Assembly (NCBI GenBank): GCA_965116905.1
Contig: OZ220732.1
Span: 384,001 to 448,000, forward strand
Origin: Longimicrobiales bacterium
GTDB taxonomy: Bacteria > Gemmatimonadota > Gemmatimonadetes > Longimicrobiales > Gaopeijiaceae
DNA: 64,000 nucleotides
Reading direction: 5' to 3'
Shown: positions 10,817-20,451 of the stretch, piece after piece
How the letters are laid out: every line of letters starts with the position of its first letter
Numbering within the stretch: position 1 is the first letter of the stretch
Notes under the pieces: generated by a model
Told to the model about the DNA's origin: nothing
What the model saw: only the letters and a program-made list of their open reading frames with translations
Database searches by the model: none
Program-made: the position numbers and the translations under genes

Positions 10817-10847
10817 GGGGGTCGGTCAGCCGGATCGGCCGACCCCC
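10817..10847 (+). terminator. GC-rich hairpin closing the arsR-peptide unit
   Basis: GGGGGTCGG...CCGACCCCC stem; no U-tract. Confidence 0.5.
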
Positions 10848-10929
10848 AGGGGCTTGCGACAACCCCATTCCCGCCCCGATATCTGATTAACAGCTCCAGG
10901 CCCGAGAACGTGCAATCAGGGAATCCGAC

Positions 10930-12072
10930 ATGACTCACACGCGCCGCCGCTTCCTTGCCACCTCCGCCGCCGCTGCTGGCGCTGCCGCCCTCACGCCTGG
11001 CCAGGCGTTGTCCGCTGAGGGTTCGCGGGCGGGCTCCCGGGGCGGCACCGCCCCACACCCCGCCCCGCCCACCACCTCCTCCCGCAACCCCCTCCGGATC
11101 CTCATCCTGGGCGGCACCGGCTTCATCGGCCCGCACCAGGTGCGGTACGCCATGTACCGGGGCCATGAGGTCACGATCTTCAACCGCGGCCGCACCGCTC
11201 CCGACCTCTTCCCTGGCGTGGAGGCACTCATCGGGGACCGCGACGGCCAGCTCGACGCCCTGCGCGGCCGCACATGGGACGCCGTCATCGACAACAGCGG
11301 CTACGTTCCCCGCCACGTGCGCGACTCGGTGGCCCTCCTGCAGGATTCCGTCGGGCGCTACCTCTTCACGTCCACCGGATCGGTCTACAGCTTCGACCAG
11401 GACGAGATCACCGAGGACGGCGTGCTGCTTCCCATCGAGGACCCCGACAGCGAGGACGTCAACCGCTACTACGGGCCGCTCAAGATCCTGTGTGAGAACG
11501 CGGTCACCGACGTCTTCAGGGAGCGCGGCACCGTGCTGCGCCTGCACGTCGTGGCGGGGCCCGGCGACACCACCGACCGATACACCTATTGGCCCGTCCG
11601 GATCGACCATGGCGGCGAGATCATCGCGCCGGGCAGCCAGCACACGCCGGTGCAGTACATCGACGTGCGCGACCTGGCCGAGTTCATGATCCTGTGCCTC
11701 GAGCGCGACATCGGCGGCACCTACAACGCGGCAGGTCCCAACCTCGACCCGACCTCGATGGCCGAGTTCCTGTACGGCGTGCGCGCCATCACCGGCACGC
11801 CGCTGTCGTTCACCTGGATCGACGAGCAGTTCCTGGCGGATCGGGAAGCCCGCTTCCAGCTGTGGTATCCGCCCACCGAAGGCCCGATCCGCGGCCTGTC
11901 ACGGGTGCGGTCCCACAAGGCGGTCGCCGCCGGCCTCAAGTTCCGGCCGCTGGCGGAAACGGCGCTGGACACGCTGCACTGGTTCAAGTCGCTGCCCGAG
12001 GAGCGCCGGAACGCCTTCGAACTCAACCTGGAGCGGGATCAGGCGATCCTTGAGGAGTGGAAGGCGCGGTAG
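10930..12072 (+). CDS. Second NAD(P)-dependent epimerase/dehydratase with Tat-like leader (paralog of 6210-7376)
   Basis: TRRRFLA; GGTGFIGPH; YGPLK; shared WDAVIDNSG and TYWPVR. Confidence 0.85.
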   Translation: MTHTRRRFLATSAAAAGAAALTPGQALSAEGSRAGSRGGTAPHPAPPTTSSRNPLRILILGGTGFIGPHQVRYAMYRGHEVTIFNRGRTAPDLFPGVEALIGDRDGQLDALRGRTWDAVIDNSGYVPRHVRDSVALLQDSVGRYLFTSTGSVYSFDQDEITEDGVLLPIEDPDSEDVNRYYGPLKILCENAVTDVFRERGTVLRLHVVAGPGDTTDRYTYWPVRIDHGGEIIAPGSQHTPVQYIDVRDLAEFMILCLERDIGGTYNAAGPNLDPTSMAEFLYGVRAITGTPLSFTWIDEQFLADREARFQLWYPPTEGPIRGLSRVRSHKAVAAGLKFRPLAETALDTLHWFKSLPEERRNAFELNLERDQAILEEWKAR

Positions 12073-13864
12073 GGTCCCCATAGAACCGCCACGCCGCCCG
12101 GAAGTCCCGCGGCGGCGCCTCGCCAAGCAGCCGCGCCCGCACCATCTCGATCGGCATGCGCCCTCCCTGCAGGATCGTGTCGTGGAACTCCCGCTCGGTC
12201 ATCTGGCCGCCGCCGACCAGCTGCTCCTGCAGTGTGCGGATCTGCAGGCCGCCCAGCATGTACGCGGCCTGGTACAGCGGCGAGTAGTTCCCGTTGAAGG
12301 AGCGGCGCACCTCGGCCGTCGCGTTCGCGGGCTCGTGGCCGACCCGGTCCACCAGGAAGGCGATCGCTTCGTCGGGCGTCATCTCGCCCAGGTGAAAGCT
12401 CAGCGAGAAGATGATCCGGGCGGCCCGGTGCATGCGCCAGAACAGCATCCCGATCCGGTCCTCGGGCGTCGACGGGAACCCCATGTCCCACAGCCGCATC
12501 TCCCAGTAGAGCGCCCACCCCTCGCCCCAGAACGGCGTCCGGAAGAGGTTGCGGTGCGAGTTGTAGCGCTCGGTCATGAAGCCCTGCAGGTGATGCCCGG
12601 GGATCAGTTCATGGTGCACCGTCGCGCGCGCGAAGTGGATGTTGTTTCCGCGCATGCTCATGCGTTTCTCGTCGTGCGTCATCCCGTCGGTCGGGAACGA
12701 GACGCGGATGACCTCGCCGCCCAGGAAGAACGGCGCCACGCGCTGACGTTCGGGTGACATCATCTCCAGCCGCCACACCTCGTCCGCCAGCGGCGGAAGC
12801 GTCAACAGGTCCCGCTCCTCGAGGAAGTCGACCGCCTCCTGCGCCAGCTCCACGATCAGTTCGGGCTGCCGGCCCGGCTCCACGTGCAGCGTCTTCACGT
12901 GCTCCAGCGCCGCCCGCCAGTCGTCCCCGTACCCCAGGTCCCGCGACGCCTCCAGCATGCGAGCGTCGCACCACGCGAACTCGCGCTCGGCGATCGCGAT
13001 CAGCTCTTCGGGCGTGTACGGGATCATCTCGTAGATCAGGTCCGCCTCCATGCCGTCCCGCCCGATCGGGTCGCCCACGATCGGCTCCTCCGCGCCCTCG
13101 GGCCAGCCGACAATCCGCTCGCGCAGCGTCAGCAGGTAACGGTCCAGCGCCCCGTCGGCCTCTCCGTACGGCTGCCGGGCCCACCAGGTGAAGAGGGGGT
13201 CGTAGCCCTCGTAGTGGCGGTACCACGCGCCGAGAGCCCTGGTGTAGGATTCGAGGAGCCGCACGGCCCGGAGTCCGGTGATCGGCGTCGGGGTCGGCTG
13301 CCCATCCCCGTCCCCCCCAGCCCCCCCGGCGGCTGCGCGGGACTTCAGCGCGCGGTCGGCGGCGGCCACCGCTTCGGCCAGCGCCGCCAGTTCCCCTGCG
13401 ATCGTCTGCCCGTCGACCTCCTTGCGCGAGTGGCGAATATCCAGCAACCCGACGAGGTCGTCCGCGAAAGGCAGCAGCGGAAGCACCTCGGCCACCATGC
13501 GCCCCTCCCGCTCGAGCAGCTCGCGGCGATACCGCACCTCACTGCCGAGCAAAACGAGATCGATGCTGCCGTCCACGTCGTCGGGAGCGACCCGAAGCGC
13601 GTCCAGCTCCTTGGCCCACCCGGCCAGGAATCCGCGCATGCGGTCCTGGCGCGCCGCCGAATAGGGGATGTCGGCCCACCGGCGCTCCAGTACACCCAGG
13701 TCGGAGCTGAAGCGCTCGACGACCTGCGCCAGGCTGGATTCCTGGAAGGCTGCGATTCCCTCCAGGCCCGGGGTGGGCGCGCTGGCCTGTCCCGATGCTG
13801 TTCCCGGCGCGGCCACCACCGCTGCCAGTGTCCACAGAAGCCGTCCAAGGCGATGAGTTTTCAC
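12023..13864 (-). CDS. DUF885 family exported protein (putative peptidase)
   Basis: HHELIPGHHLQ, EGWALYWE and YMLGGLQI motifs; GAGGAGG before GTG 13864; signal peptide. Confidence 0.82.
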   Translation of the reverse strand: MKTHRLGRLLWTLAAVVAAPGTASGQASAPTPGLEGIAAFQESSLAQVVERFSSDLGVLERRWADIPYSAARQDRMRGFLAGWAKELDALRVAPDDVDGSIDLVLLGSEVRYRRELLEREGRMVAEVLPLLPFADDLVGLLDIRHSRKEVDGQTIAGELAALAEAVAAADRALKSRAAAGGAGGDGDGQPTPTPITGLRAVRLLESYTRALGAWYRHYEGYDPLFTWWARQPYGEADGALDRYLLTLRERIVGWPEGAEEPIVGDPIGRDGMEADLIYEMIPYTPEELIAIAEREFAWCDARMLEASRDLGYGDDWRAALEHVKTLHVEPGRQPELIVELAQEAVDFLEERDLLTLPPLADEVWRLEMMSPERQRVAPFFLGGEVIRVSFPTDGMTHDEKRMSMRGNNIHFARATVHHELIPGHHLQGFMTERYNSHRNLFRTPFWGEGWALYWEMRLWDMGFPSTPEDRIGMLFWRMHRAARIIFSLSFHLGEMTPDEAIAFLVDRVGHEPANATAEVRRSFNGNYSPLYQAAYMLGGLQIRTLQEQLVGGGQMTEREFHDTILQGGRMPIEMVRARLLGEAPPRDFRAAWRFYGDPTAPSTPQGSPDPAPG

Positions 13865-13954
13865 GAGTCCCTCCTCATGAGCGTACATTGGACGCCCCGG
13901 CCGGGGCCGCGCTCCTGCGACCCTCGTGCCGACGCCCACTTGGACTCTGAACCC

Positions 13955-15220
13955 ATGCAGGTATTCGGGCAACACGAGCAGCAGACGCTGGGCCAGCTCA
14001 CGCGCGTCGCGCAGCGGGCCGAACACGCCGCGCTGATGGCAGACGGCCACCTCGGCTACGTCATGCCGATCGGTGGCGTGGCGGCCTACCGCAACCAGGT
14101 GAGCGTGGCGGGCGTGGGGTTCGACATCGCGTGCGGGAACGCGGCGATCCGCACGGATCTCGGCCTGGACGACCTCGGCGACCGTCCCGGCGGTCTCCGG
14201 CGCAGCCTCGACCGCATCGGCGACGAGATTCAGGATGGCCTCACCTTCGGGATCGGCGGCACGAACAAGTCATCCGATGCCCCCGCGGACCACCCCCTCT
14301 TCGAAGACCCGGCCTGGAAAGCCGTCCCGTCCCGGCATCGCGCGGCCCTGCGCGACAAGGCCCGCAAGCAGCTGGGCACGGTGGGGTCGGGCAACCACTA
14401 CGTCGACGTCTTCGCCGACGAACAGGACCGCATCTGGGTGGGCGTCCACTTCGGGTCGCGCGGCTTCGGCCACACCGTCGCCTCGTCGTTCCTCGCCATC
14501 GGCCAGGGCGCCGAATGGGGCACCCGTGTGCCCGAGGCGGAGATCATCCTCGACCTGAACGCACCCGTCGGCCACGACTACTGGCACCTCATGAACCTGG
14601 CGGGCCGCTATGCGTACGCCGGGCGCGAGTGGGCGGTGCGCAAGGCCGTCGAGATCGTCGGCGGGCGCGAGGTCGAACTGGTCCACAACCACCACAACTT
14701 CGCCTGGGAAGAGGAGCACTTCGGCGAGACGTTCGTGGTGGTGCGCAAAGGGGCGACGCCGGCGTTCCCGGGTCAGAAGGGGTTCGTGGGCGGCTCGATG
14801 GGGGATGATTCGGTGATTCTGGAGGGGACGCGGGTAGACGAGGGCCCGACAGGCCGTCGCGAGCACGGCGGACGCCGCGGCCGCGGGCCTTCAGGCGACC
14901 CGCTCCCCACCACCAACACACTCCAGGCCCGGGCCCTGTATTCCACCGTCCACGGTGCCGGCCGCGTCATGAGCCGCACCGCCGCGCGCGGAAAGCGCCA
15001 CCGCCGCACGGGCAAGGTGCTGAAGCACGGGAAGGTGTCCCGCGAGATGATGAACGACTGGGTGGATCGCAAAGGTGTCGTGCTGCGCGGCGGCGGAACG
15101 GACGAGAGTCCTCACGTGTACCGGAGGCTGTCCGAGGTGCTGGCCGCCCAAGGCGACACGGTCAAGGTGCTGCACACGCTCCGGCCGTTGGTGGTGGTGA
15201 TGGCGGGTGCGGGCTGGTAG
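13955..15220 (+). CDS. rtcB: RtcB family RNA ligase
   Basis: MADGHLGY, DIACGN, GSGNHY, HFGSRGFG, HNHHN, RKGATP, HGAGR and DESP motifs. Confidence 0.92.
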   Translation: MQVFGQHEQQTLGQLTRVAQRAEHAALMADGHLGYVMPIGGVAAYRNQVSVAGVGFDIACGNAAIRTDLGLDDLGDRPGGLRRSLDRIGDEIQDGLTFGIGGTNKSSDAPADHPLFEDPAWKAVPSRHRAALRDKARKQLGTVGSGNHYVDVFADEQDRIWVGVHFGSRGFGHTVASSFLAIGQGAEWGTRVPEAEIILDLNAPVGHDYWHLMNLAGRYAYAGREWAVRKAVEIVGGREVELVHNHHNFAWEEEHFGETFVVVRKGATPAFPGQKGFVGGSMGDDSVILEGTRVDEGPTGRREHGGRRGRGPSGDPLPTTNTLQARALYSTVHGAGRVMSRTAARGKRHRRTGKVLKHGKVSREMMNDWVDRKGVVLRGGGTDESPHVYRRLSEVLAAQGDTVKVLHTLRPLVVVMAGAGW

Positions 15221-15255
15221 GGGCGGACTGGCCGGGCTCGGCAAAGGACTCAAGC

Positions 15256-15921
15256 ATGATCAGTGCCACCGATTTCGGTCAAGGACCAAATGGCTCCGGC
15301 GACGCGCCCGCCTGCCCCTGCCGCTGGCGGCTAGCGCGAGTCGCCGCCGTCACCCTGGCGAGCGCGCTCACACTCGGTTGTGCCAGCCGTGTCGTCGGAG
15401 CGGGCTCGGACACCGTCGAGGGCCAAGCCATTCTGGCAGCGCTTGAACACGTGGCCGAGATCATGTGGGAGCCCGAGCGGGAGATTGTAGTGGGCGGGAG
15501 GGCGGCCATCGCCCATGACGGCGAAAGGTCGCTTACGGCGTCCACGCGCAGCTTCCTGGATACAGCCTTCGAAGCCCGCAACTGGCGGTGGTCCACGGAA
15601 AACCCGCTCACTACGGAGAATTGCAGGTTCCCAACGGACTTCTGCCGACTGAAGGATCCGACGGAACTGCATCTGAGCTTCGCCGTGTGGCCCTGGCCCG
15701 GAGAGGAAGACTACGCTGGTGATGCATCCTCGCTTTCGGCCAACGGATTCGTCGTGCAGCCCGTCGCGGGCAAGGAGGGGTACAAGGTCCACGTCGAATG
15801 GCTGAGCAGCCTTGCCCTACGGGAAGGCGGGCACCGCGCAGTCCTGGGTGGCGAGGAATTGCTGGTCACCCGGCAACCCGAAGGATGGGTGGTCGAGGTC
15901 ATGGGGAGCTGGATCAGCTGA
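15256..15921 (+). CDS. Hypothetical probable lipoprotein
   Basis: Hydrophobic stretch ending LTLGC; AAGGA RBS; less GC-biased codons. Confidence 0.55.
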   Translation: MISATDFGQGPNGSGDAPACPCRWRLARVAAVTLASALTLGCASRVVGAGSDTVEGQAILAALEHVAEIMWEPEREIVVGGRAAIAHDGERSLTASTRSFLDTAFEARNWRWSTENPLTTENCRFPTDFCRLKDPTELHLSFAVWPWPGEEDYAGDASSLSANGFVVQPVAGKEGYKVHVEWLSSLALREGGHRAVLGGEELLVTRQPEGWVVEVMGSWIS

Positions 15922-15968
15922 GGCAGGACAGACGCGCCGGACACAGCGAGGAACCGGGATGAGAAAAT

Positions 15969-15991
15969 GGATTGGCCACCCAGGCCAATCC
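15969..15991. terminator. Hairpin between convergent genes
   Basis: Perfect 9-bp stem GGATTGGCC-ACCCA-GGCCAATCC. Confidence 0.55.
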
Positions 15992-16002
15992 TGGCGCCCC
16001 TA

Positions 16003-17094
16003 TCAGAACACCAGCCGGTACCTGGCGATTCGCCACGGCGGGATGTCCGGATTCAGCAGCACATGGAGATACCTGCCACCGCCCAGCACCTTCGCACCCT
16101 CCGGCAACGGCACGGTCTCGAACAGCTTCCGCCCCGTGTGGCGATCGTACGCTTCGACGGACACATCGAGTTCCCTGAAAAGAAACCACGGCCTGGCCGG
16201 ATCCAGCTTGCCGACCGTGAACACGAGATAGCTGTCACCGACGATGTCCATGCTCGTGACGAGGTCAAAGCTCTCGATCAGTCGCTTGATCGGATTGCCC
16301 GCCTGGGCCCCCGGCCCCTCGGCGCTGGTGAACGCAAAGGCCCCCGCCTCGATCTCGGGCACCCTGCGAAACCCCGCTGGGGGCGTCCCGATCGTGCCAA
16401 CCGAGTCGCCGGCGCCGTTCAGGATAGTCGCTGGGTACAGGAGACCTTCCATCACGTACAGGGAGTCCCCGCGGATCGCAGCGTGGAGACCACCCAGACC
16501 ACCCCAATACGGTTTGCCGCCACCCGGCGACTTCCAACTGGTCCACGCAACCGCCCCGTCAACCAACCGGTGAAAGTTGCCGGCCATTTGAGTGACATCG
16601 ATATCCGTTCGCAGCCCACTGAAAACCATGTCTCGCCACAATGGCAGGACCATCTGCGGCACATGGTTCTCGATCAGCGCCATGCTGTCAGGTGTCAGGT
16701 CCGGAGCCAGGTAAGTCAGCGCCCCGCTCTGCGCACCGGTCACGACGATTCGACCGTCTGCCATCTCCGCCACACTCCGGACCCTACGGAACTCCCACGG
16801 GCCGTCTCCGAAGCGCCCAAAGCCGGCCTGGAGCGACCCGTCGGCCCGGTAGGTCCGCACCCGCGGAAGGTATCGATCCGCGATGATGAACCCGCCATCC
16901 CGCCTCTCGACAAACTCGCCGACGGCCGCGATCGAATCGGACGGATCTTCACCCAGCTCGATGACCTCCACCAACTCGAAGACTTCCTCGAACGGCGGCG
17001 AGGGCACCTGTGTGGGCTGCTGCTCACAAGCGAAGAGTGAAAGCAGCGCCACAAGAGCCAGCGCTGCCGTGACGCCTCGTCCCGCCTCTACCAA
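16003..17094 (-). CDS. Beta-propeller-like (NHL/6-bladed) lipoprotein
   Basis: LSLFAC lipobox; FIIAD...RVRTY..DG....FGRFGDGPWEF blade pattern; start uncertain. Confidence 0.6.
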   Translation of the reverse strand: MVEAGRGVTAALALVALLSLFACEQQPTQVPSPPFEEVFELVEVIELGEDPSDSIAAVGEFVERRDGGFIIADRYLPRVRTYRADGSLQAGFGRFGDGPWEFRRVRSVAEMADGRIVVTGAQSGALTYLAPDLTPDSMALIENHVPQMVLPLWRDMVFSGLRTDIDVTQMAGNFHRLVDGAVAWTSWKSPGGGKPYWGGLGGLHAAIRGDSLYVMEGLLYPATILNGAGDSVGTIGTPPAGFRRVPEIEAGAFAFTSAEGPGAQAGNPIKRLIESFDLVTSMDIVGDSYLVFTVGKLDPARPWFLFRELDVSVEAYDRHTGRKLFETVPLPEGAKVLGGGRYLHVLLNPDIPPWRIARYRLVF

Positions 17095-17867
17095 CCCGCG
17101 GCCGCCCTCCCCGCCATCAGCGCGGCTGAATCGCTCACGATGATCATCCGGAAGCCCTGCTCCATGCGCTCGGCGATGTCGTCCACACCGGCGGTGATGC
17201 CGCACGGAACCTGATAGGCCTGACACGCGGCCAGCACGCTTTGGATGGCGGCCTCGAAGGCCTCCACGTCATCCACATAGGACTGGCGCAGGTCGTCGGG
17301 ACCCGCAAAGACCACGCTGACGCCCTCGGTGCCAACGATCTCGTCGACCCTTTCCACTCCGGCCCGGGTTTCTACGATGAGCATGCTGAATCGCGAGCCC
17401 GAGGGGTTGCCGGGCCAGTGGTCATCGCCCATCGCGGCAACTGCGACGGCCGCGTCCTCGGCCGATTCCACGTGCGGGAAGAAGATCGCCGCCACGCCCT
17501 CGTCGAGCGCTGCGGCCACGTTCGCCTCGGCCGTCTCCACGCCGTCGCGGATCGGCGGGATCCTCAGGACGACAGGGTCAAATGGACCTGCCTCCAGGGA
17601 GTGGAACACCAGGTCGAGTTCCTCGCCAAGGCCCGCGAGCGCGCCTTCCCCCGGGGTCGTTGCTCCCGAGAAGACGGCGAAGACAACTTGCTCGCTGCCG
17701 ATCAACTCCACCACGGTGGACGGGCTTGGCGCCGCGGACTCGGTTGCGGCGTCGCTGGCCTGCTCGGGAGCAGAGCACGCGACGGCGGCCCCGAGGGGCA
17801 TGACAAGGGCCGTCGCCAGTGCAAATGGCGACGTCCGTGGCTGGGAGAGCGGACTGGTGTTCGCCAT
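17088..17867 (-). CDS. HpcH/HpaI aldolase-like protein with lipoprotein signal
   Basis: ALDEGVAAIFFPHVES, IVETRAGVERVDEI, FAGPDDL and GFRMIIVSD; AAVAC lipobox. Confidence 0.75.
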   Translation of the reverse strand: MANTSPLSQPRTSPFALATALVMPLGAAVACSAPEQASDAATESAAPSPSTVVELIGSEQVVFAVFSGATTPGEGALAGLGEELDLVFHSLEAGPFDPVVLRIPPIRDGVETAEANVAAALDEGVAAIFFPHVESAEDAAVAVAAMGDDHWPGNPSGSRFSMLIVETRAGVERVDEIVGTEGVSVVFAGPDDLRQSYVDDVEAFEAAIQSVLAACQAYQVPCGITAGVDDIAERMEQGFRMIIVSDSAALMAGRAAAGW

Positions 17868-17873
17868 CCCCCT

Positions 17874-19136
17874 CTACCCTCGAATCTCCGCGTCAATTCC
17901 CTCCTCACCCTCCCATCTGCCGACCACCGCCGCCGCGCACGAGTCGCTGTAGACGTTGACGGCCGTCCGGGCCATGTCCAGCGGCCGGTCGATCGAGAGC
18001 ATCGCGGCGACGATCAGCATCGCCTCGGGATTGTCGCCGATTCCGATCGCGCCCAGGATGATGAAGATCACCACCAGCCCGGCAGAGGGAACCGCCGCGG
18101 CACCGATCGACGCCAGCAGCGCCGTGAGGACGACGACGACCTGGGTCGCAAAGCCGATGTCGGCTCCCAGCGCCTGCGCGATGAAGAGCGCGCCCACGCA
18201 CTCCATCACCGCCGTGCCGTCCATGTTGACGGTGGCGCCCATCGGCAGCGTGAACGACGACACGCGATCGGACACCCCGACCTTTTCCTGCACCGTCTTC
18301 AGGGTGACCGGCAGAGTGGCCGCGGACGAACTCGTCGAGAACGCCACCAGCAGTGGCTCCCTCATGTTCATCGCGTGCTTCCACGGAGACACGCGCGCCC
18401 AGAAGTACAGCAGGAGAGGCAGCGTGATGAAGAAGTGGATGGCGAGACCGGAGGTCAGTCCCACGACGTATTGGGCCAGGTTGCCGAAGGCCATCAGGCC
18501 CGTCTCGGTGACCATGGTGACCATCAGCCCGAAGACCCCGATCGGGAGCAGCTTGATGATGCCCGTCGTCAGCGCCATCATCGCCTGGAAGAGCGCGCCG
18601 ATCAGGTCCGTGATCTTCGTGCGGGGACCCTCGGGCAGGGTCGTGACGGCCGCTCCGAAGACGATGCAGAAGAAGATGACCATCAGCATGTCGCCGGCCG
18701 AGGCCGCCCCGAGGAAGTTGTCCGGAACGATGGTGTACAGCAGATCGACGAACGACTCCGGCGTGGCGAGGTCGGGGGGCTCCGCTCCGGTGTCTGTCAC
18801 CGGATAGCCCCGGCCCGGATTGATGATGTTGAAGAGGAGCAGCCCGGTAAGCGCGGCCAGGAGGCTCGACACCAGGTAGTACCCCAGCGTCTTGCCGAAC
18901 ATCCGGCCCACGGTGCGCCCGCTGCCGGCCGATGCCACTCCCGAGATGATCGAGGCGATGACCAGCGGAACGATGATCATTCGCAGCAGACGCATGAACA
19001 GGCCGCCAACCCAGCCGACGTTGTCCGCGACGGCTGGCCCCCCTGGAGACAGGCCGATGCCGATGCCCAGAATCATCGCGATCACTACCTGCCAATGAAG
19101 ACGCTTGTACCAGGGGTTGTCGGGATTGTATTCCAT
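17874..19136 (-). CDS. Dicarboxylate/amino acid:cation symporter (DAACS, GltP-like)
   Basis: AFSTSSSAATLP, GATVNMDGT and DMARTAVNV motifs. Confidence 0.93.
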   Translation of the reverse strand: MEYNPDNPWYKRLHWQVVIAMILGIGIGLSPGGPAVADNVGWVGGLFMRLLRMIIVPLVIASIISGVASAGSGRTVGRMFGKTLGYYLVSSLLAALTGLLLFNIINPGRGYPVTDTGAEPPDLATPESFVDLLYTIVPDNFLGAASAGDMLMVIFFCIVFGAAVTTLPEGPRTKITDLIGALFQAMMALTTGIIKLLPIGVFGLMVTMVTETGLMAFGNLAQYVVGLTSGLAIHFFITLPLLLYFWARVSPWKHAMNMREPLLVAFSTSSSAATLPVTLKTVQEKVGVSDRVSSFTLPMGATVNMDGTAVMECVGALFIAQALGADIGFATQVVVVLTALLASIGAAAVPSAGLVVIFIILGAIGIGDNPEAMLIVAAMLSIDRPLDMARTAVNVYSDSCAAAVVGRWEGEEGIDAEIRG

Positions 19137-19274
19137 GGGTCTCTCTTTGGGAGCGGGAGGCTGGCAACGGCGGGCTTCGAGCCCGGCGCGAATGGCCGCA
19201 GGTCTATGTCAACGCGGGAAGGTGGTGGCCGCGATTCCCATCCGTCAAGTTCCACCGGCGGTGTCGCGTTGGCG

Positions 19275-20270
19275 TCAGCGTCGAATCATCCGCACTACGC
19301 TCCCGTGCCGGTCGTAGGAAGCGGCCGGGAAGGCCACCACATCTCCGGTCAGATCGGTGGCAGGAGTGAGCTCCGCCGCACGCGCCGCCGCGCTGGACCC
19401 CGGCACGATGAACCTGTCCGCCTCCGCCAGATCGACCGTGTAGCCGATGTCCGCCAGGGACTGAATCGTGATCGCGCTGAGCGGATCCGCGACATTCTGG
19501 TCCAGCCAGGGAGCCATCAGCTCGGTGCCGAACACCGACTTCCGCCAGTGGTAGTCCACGGTGCCATTGGTCCAGTAGTTCTCGACGGGGACCTTGCCGC
19601 CGGTGTAGTTGGCACCCCCTGCGGCGACAAAGGCTGCGGTCGCCCTGGATCCGGTGAAGTGGGTGTCGGCGCCTTCGTTATCCCATGCCGGGTTGCGCAG
19701 CAGATCCAGATCTTCCCAGGACAGGCCGAATCCCAGCATGTGTCCGAACTGGTGGAGGATCAAATCGTCCACGTGGTCCTCGGGGACCCCTTCGATGTCG
19801 AGAAAGACGGCCCCGACCAGCGGCAGTTTGGAGGACTCGCGGTATCCGCAGATCCGCACCCCCGAACCTGTGGTGGGTCCCGTGAAATAGTCTCTGACCG
19901 AGATCATGATGAAGACATCGTCAAGCACATCCTTCTGATAGTCGTGCTGAAGGCCTCCACAGCTGATCGTGCCCGGTTCCCATTCGATGTCCTCCAGGTC
20001 GCTGCCCTCCACGACTCTGGCCCAGCGGTCCGCCTGGGCGCGGATTCGGGCGGCCAGCTCGCGCGCGCCCTCGTCCATCAGAACGATGTCGAACTGGAAT
20101 TGATGGGGCGTTTCGTCGGCGGCGGCGGCCGCAGGGTCAGGGGCGTCGTCAGACGACGGGACGGTTGTGGCCGTGGGGACTTCGGGCGCTACGGGCGGGA
20201 TGTCACAGGATGCGGTGCCGGCCGCGACCAGGGCGATGAGGGCGATGATGTATTGTCGTTGCGTGTTCAT
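19275..20270 (-). CDS. Leishmanolysin (M8)-like lipoprotein with HQxxH in place of HExxH
   Basis: GTASC lipobox; ILHQFGHMLGFG; HWRKSVFGTELM; LSAITIQSLADIGY; AGGAGG RBS. Confidence 0.75.
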   Translation of the reverse strand: MNTQRQYIIALIALVAAGTASCDIPPVAPEVPTATTVPSSDDAPDPAAAAADETPHQFQFDIVLMDEGARELAARIRAQADRWARVVEGSDLEDIEWEPGTISCGGLQHDYQKDVLDDVFIMISVRDYFTGPTTGSGVRICGYRESSKLPLVGAVFLDIEGVPEDHVDDLILHQFGHMLGFGLSWEDLDLLRNPAWDNEGADTHFTGSRATAAFVAAGGANYTGGKVPVENYWTNGTVDYHWRKSVFGTELMAPWLDQNVADPLSAITIQSLADIGYTVDLAEADRFIVPGSSAAARAAELTPATDLTGDVVAFPAASYDRHGSVVRMIRR

Positions 20271-20451
20271 GATTGTCACCTCCTGGCGAGGGATTAGGTA
20301 TGTCACCGTACACGGGCCGGGTCCCATTGTTTCCAGGTTCCACGCCTTGCGGCTGCCACCCCCTCAGGGTCCCCAGACGCACACCTCTTGGCGCCGCGGG
20401 GCGTTCTCGGCTAGTGTTGCGGCCACGAACTCCAACTCCGGAGGCGCATTG

